Of a stretch of DNA of 64,000 bases, positions 63,156 through 64,000 are shown piece after piece (within the stretch, counting starts at the first letter, position 1; every line of letters starts with the position of its first letter). A program made the position numbers and the translations under genes. The stretch lies in assembly GCA_021199475.1 (NCBI GenBank), contig JAJQHZ010000085.1, forward strand, positions 34,089 to 98,088. The letters run 5' to 3'. A model generated the notes under the pieces. That model had not been told where the DNA came from, searched no databases, and saw nothing but the letters and a program-made list of their open reading frames with translations. This DNA comes from Lachnospiraceae bacterium. Its GTDB lineage: Bacteria > Bacillota > Clostridia > Lachnospirales > Lachnospiraceae.

Positions 63156-63932
63156 CTATGAAATCGCCCGCAGGCTGTGCAGTGCATGCTCCGCGAGTAT
63201 CGTCTCAAAATGCTCCTGAAAGTACGCTTCCATGCCGACTGTGGAGTGGCAGGGAACGGCGTATTCGGAAAGAATATTGCACACCTTATTGAATTGTGTC
63301 GGCGAAACGGAGTCGTTTTTAAGCACAAGATAAAACATGCCATCTTCACTGCTTTTATACAGGGAATTCGGTCCGTCGTAAACAGAATCCAGGACGCCGG
63401 CCGCGCGAATCGCATCATCCAGTGTCCGGAACGAATACGCCCGCATCAGCTCCGGAATATTCTCCGAATCAATGGCGGCGTCCGTATCCTTCGCAGAATC
63501 CTCAAGCTCCTTTACAGGAGAATCCTTTTCGGAAGAATGCTTTCGTCCTTCGGAAATCCGACGGATCAGATCCAGAATATCGTCGGCTCCCTCAATATGC
63601 TCCCGGAGATCCGCAAACGAAAATCCGCTCTCCAAAGAGGAATTCTCCGGAGAAAATCGTGAAAAACGGGTATCCAGCTCCTCCGGATCCTCCACCTTAG
63701 TAACAATCAGTATAATCGTATCCATCGAAACCGGAATTGCTTCTATCACGAGAGGGATATTGTCCACCTCAAACCCGAAATCCTGAGCGGCAACCGTCAT
63801 CATATCCTGAAAAAGCTCTCTTGCCTTGTCAGAACCGTAGGCAAATTCTTTCAGATTAATATTTCGACTGGCCAGATCTTCTGTGGTCAATGTACAGCGA
63901 AGCTGCCGGTCATTAATTTTCTCAATCCTCAT
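63156..63932 (-). CDS. mecA: adaptor protein MecA
   Basis: ORF 63156-63971, ATG at 63932 (MRIEKINDRQLRCTLTTEDLASRNINLKEF ...), MecA-like N and C domains. Confidence 0.88.
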   Translation of the reverse strand: MRIEKINDRQLRCTLTTEDLASRNINLKEFAYGSDKARELFQDMMTVAAQDFGFEVDNIPLVIEAIPVSMDTIILIVTKVEDPEELDTRFSRFSPENSSLESGFSFADLREHIEGADDILDLIRRISEGRKHSSEKDSPVKELEDSAKDTDAAIDSENIPELMRAYSFRTLDDAIRAAGVLDSVYDGPNSLYKSSEDGMFYLVLKNDSVSPTQFNKVCNILSEYAVPCHSTVGMEAYFQEHFETILAEHALHSLRAIS

Positions 63933-64000
63933 CCAATCACATCCTTTACATAGCTGCCAGGATATCCGCAAAAGAATTATAGTATGCGATATCCTTTCAT

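Overview
The gene content suggests a chromosomal segment from a Firmicutes/Clostridia (Lachnospiraceae-like) genome: a KOW gene between map and infA, type Z S14, a Gram-positive Tad locus and an Rpn-family gene. This taxonomic call is inference.

Bases 1-23.9 kb hold the S10/spc/alpha ribosomal-protein superoperon, from the rplC 3' end through rplQ, and it has three unusual properties:
- Many intercistronic spacers are 100-800 nt instead of a few nt. They carry a family of modular hairpins whose stems covary between copies.
- A 6.8 kb block sits between infA and rpmJ. It encodes a sensor kinase, a LuxR-type response regulator, an 818-aa Ig-like repeat surface protein and an Rpn-family nuclease.
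- rpmJ and rpsM are separated by about 0.8 kb of GC-rich, hairpin-dense DNA with no credible ORF.

The rest of the window contains:
- 24-34 kb: a cell-wall-binding phosphodiester glycosidase, then a maltodextrin-type ABC uptake/GH13 amylase locus with LacI-type palindromic operators, an unrecognised 649-aa protein and an overlapping zinc-ribbon miniprotein.
- 34.5-45 kb: a complete Gram-positive Tad/Flp type IVb pilus locus. Its genes are TadZ-like, CpaF, TadB, TadC, Flp pilin, a DUF5702-like protein, two TadE-like proteins, a prepilin peptidase and an FHA protein.
- 45-64 kb: housekeeping genes (GNAT, rhomboid, HIT, sigma factor, murG, transglutaminase-like, mtnN, pgi, LtaS-family, serine hydrolase, cls, mecA). 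Interspersed are tandem-repeat arrays, a 1.3 kb non-coding gap, and a small RHH/miniprotein module with palindromic operators and iterons.

No rRNA, tRNA or CRISPR array was seen, and no recognisable defence system. All functional calls rest on reading the translated ORFs and sequence motifs by eye; no searches were run.
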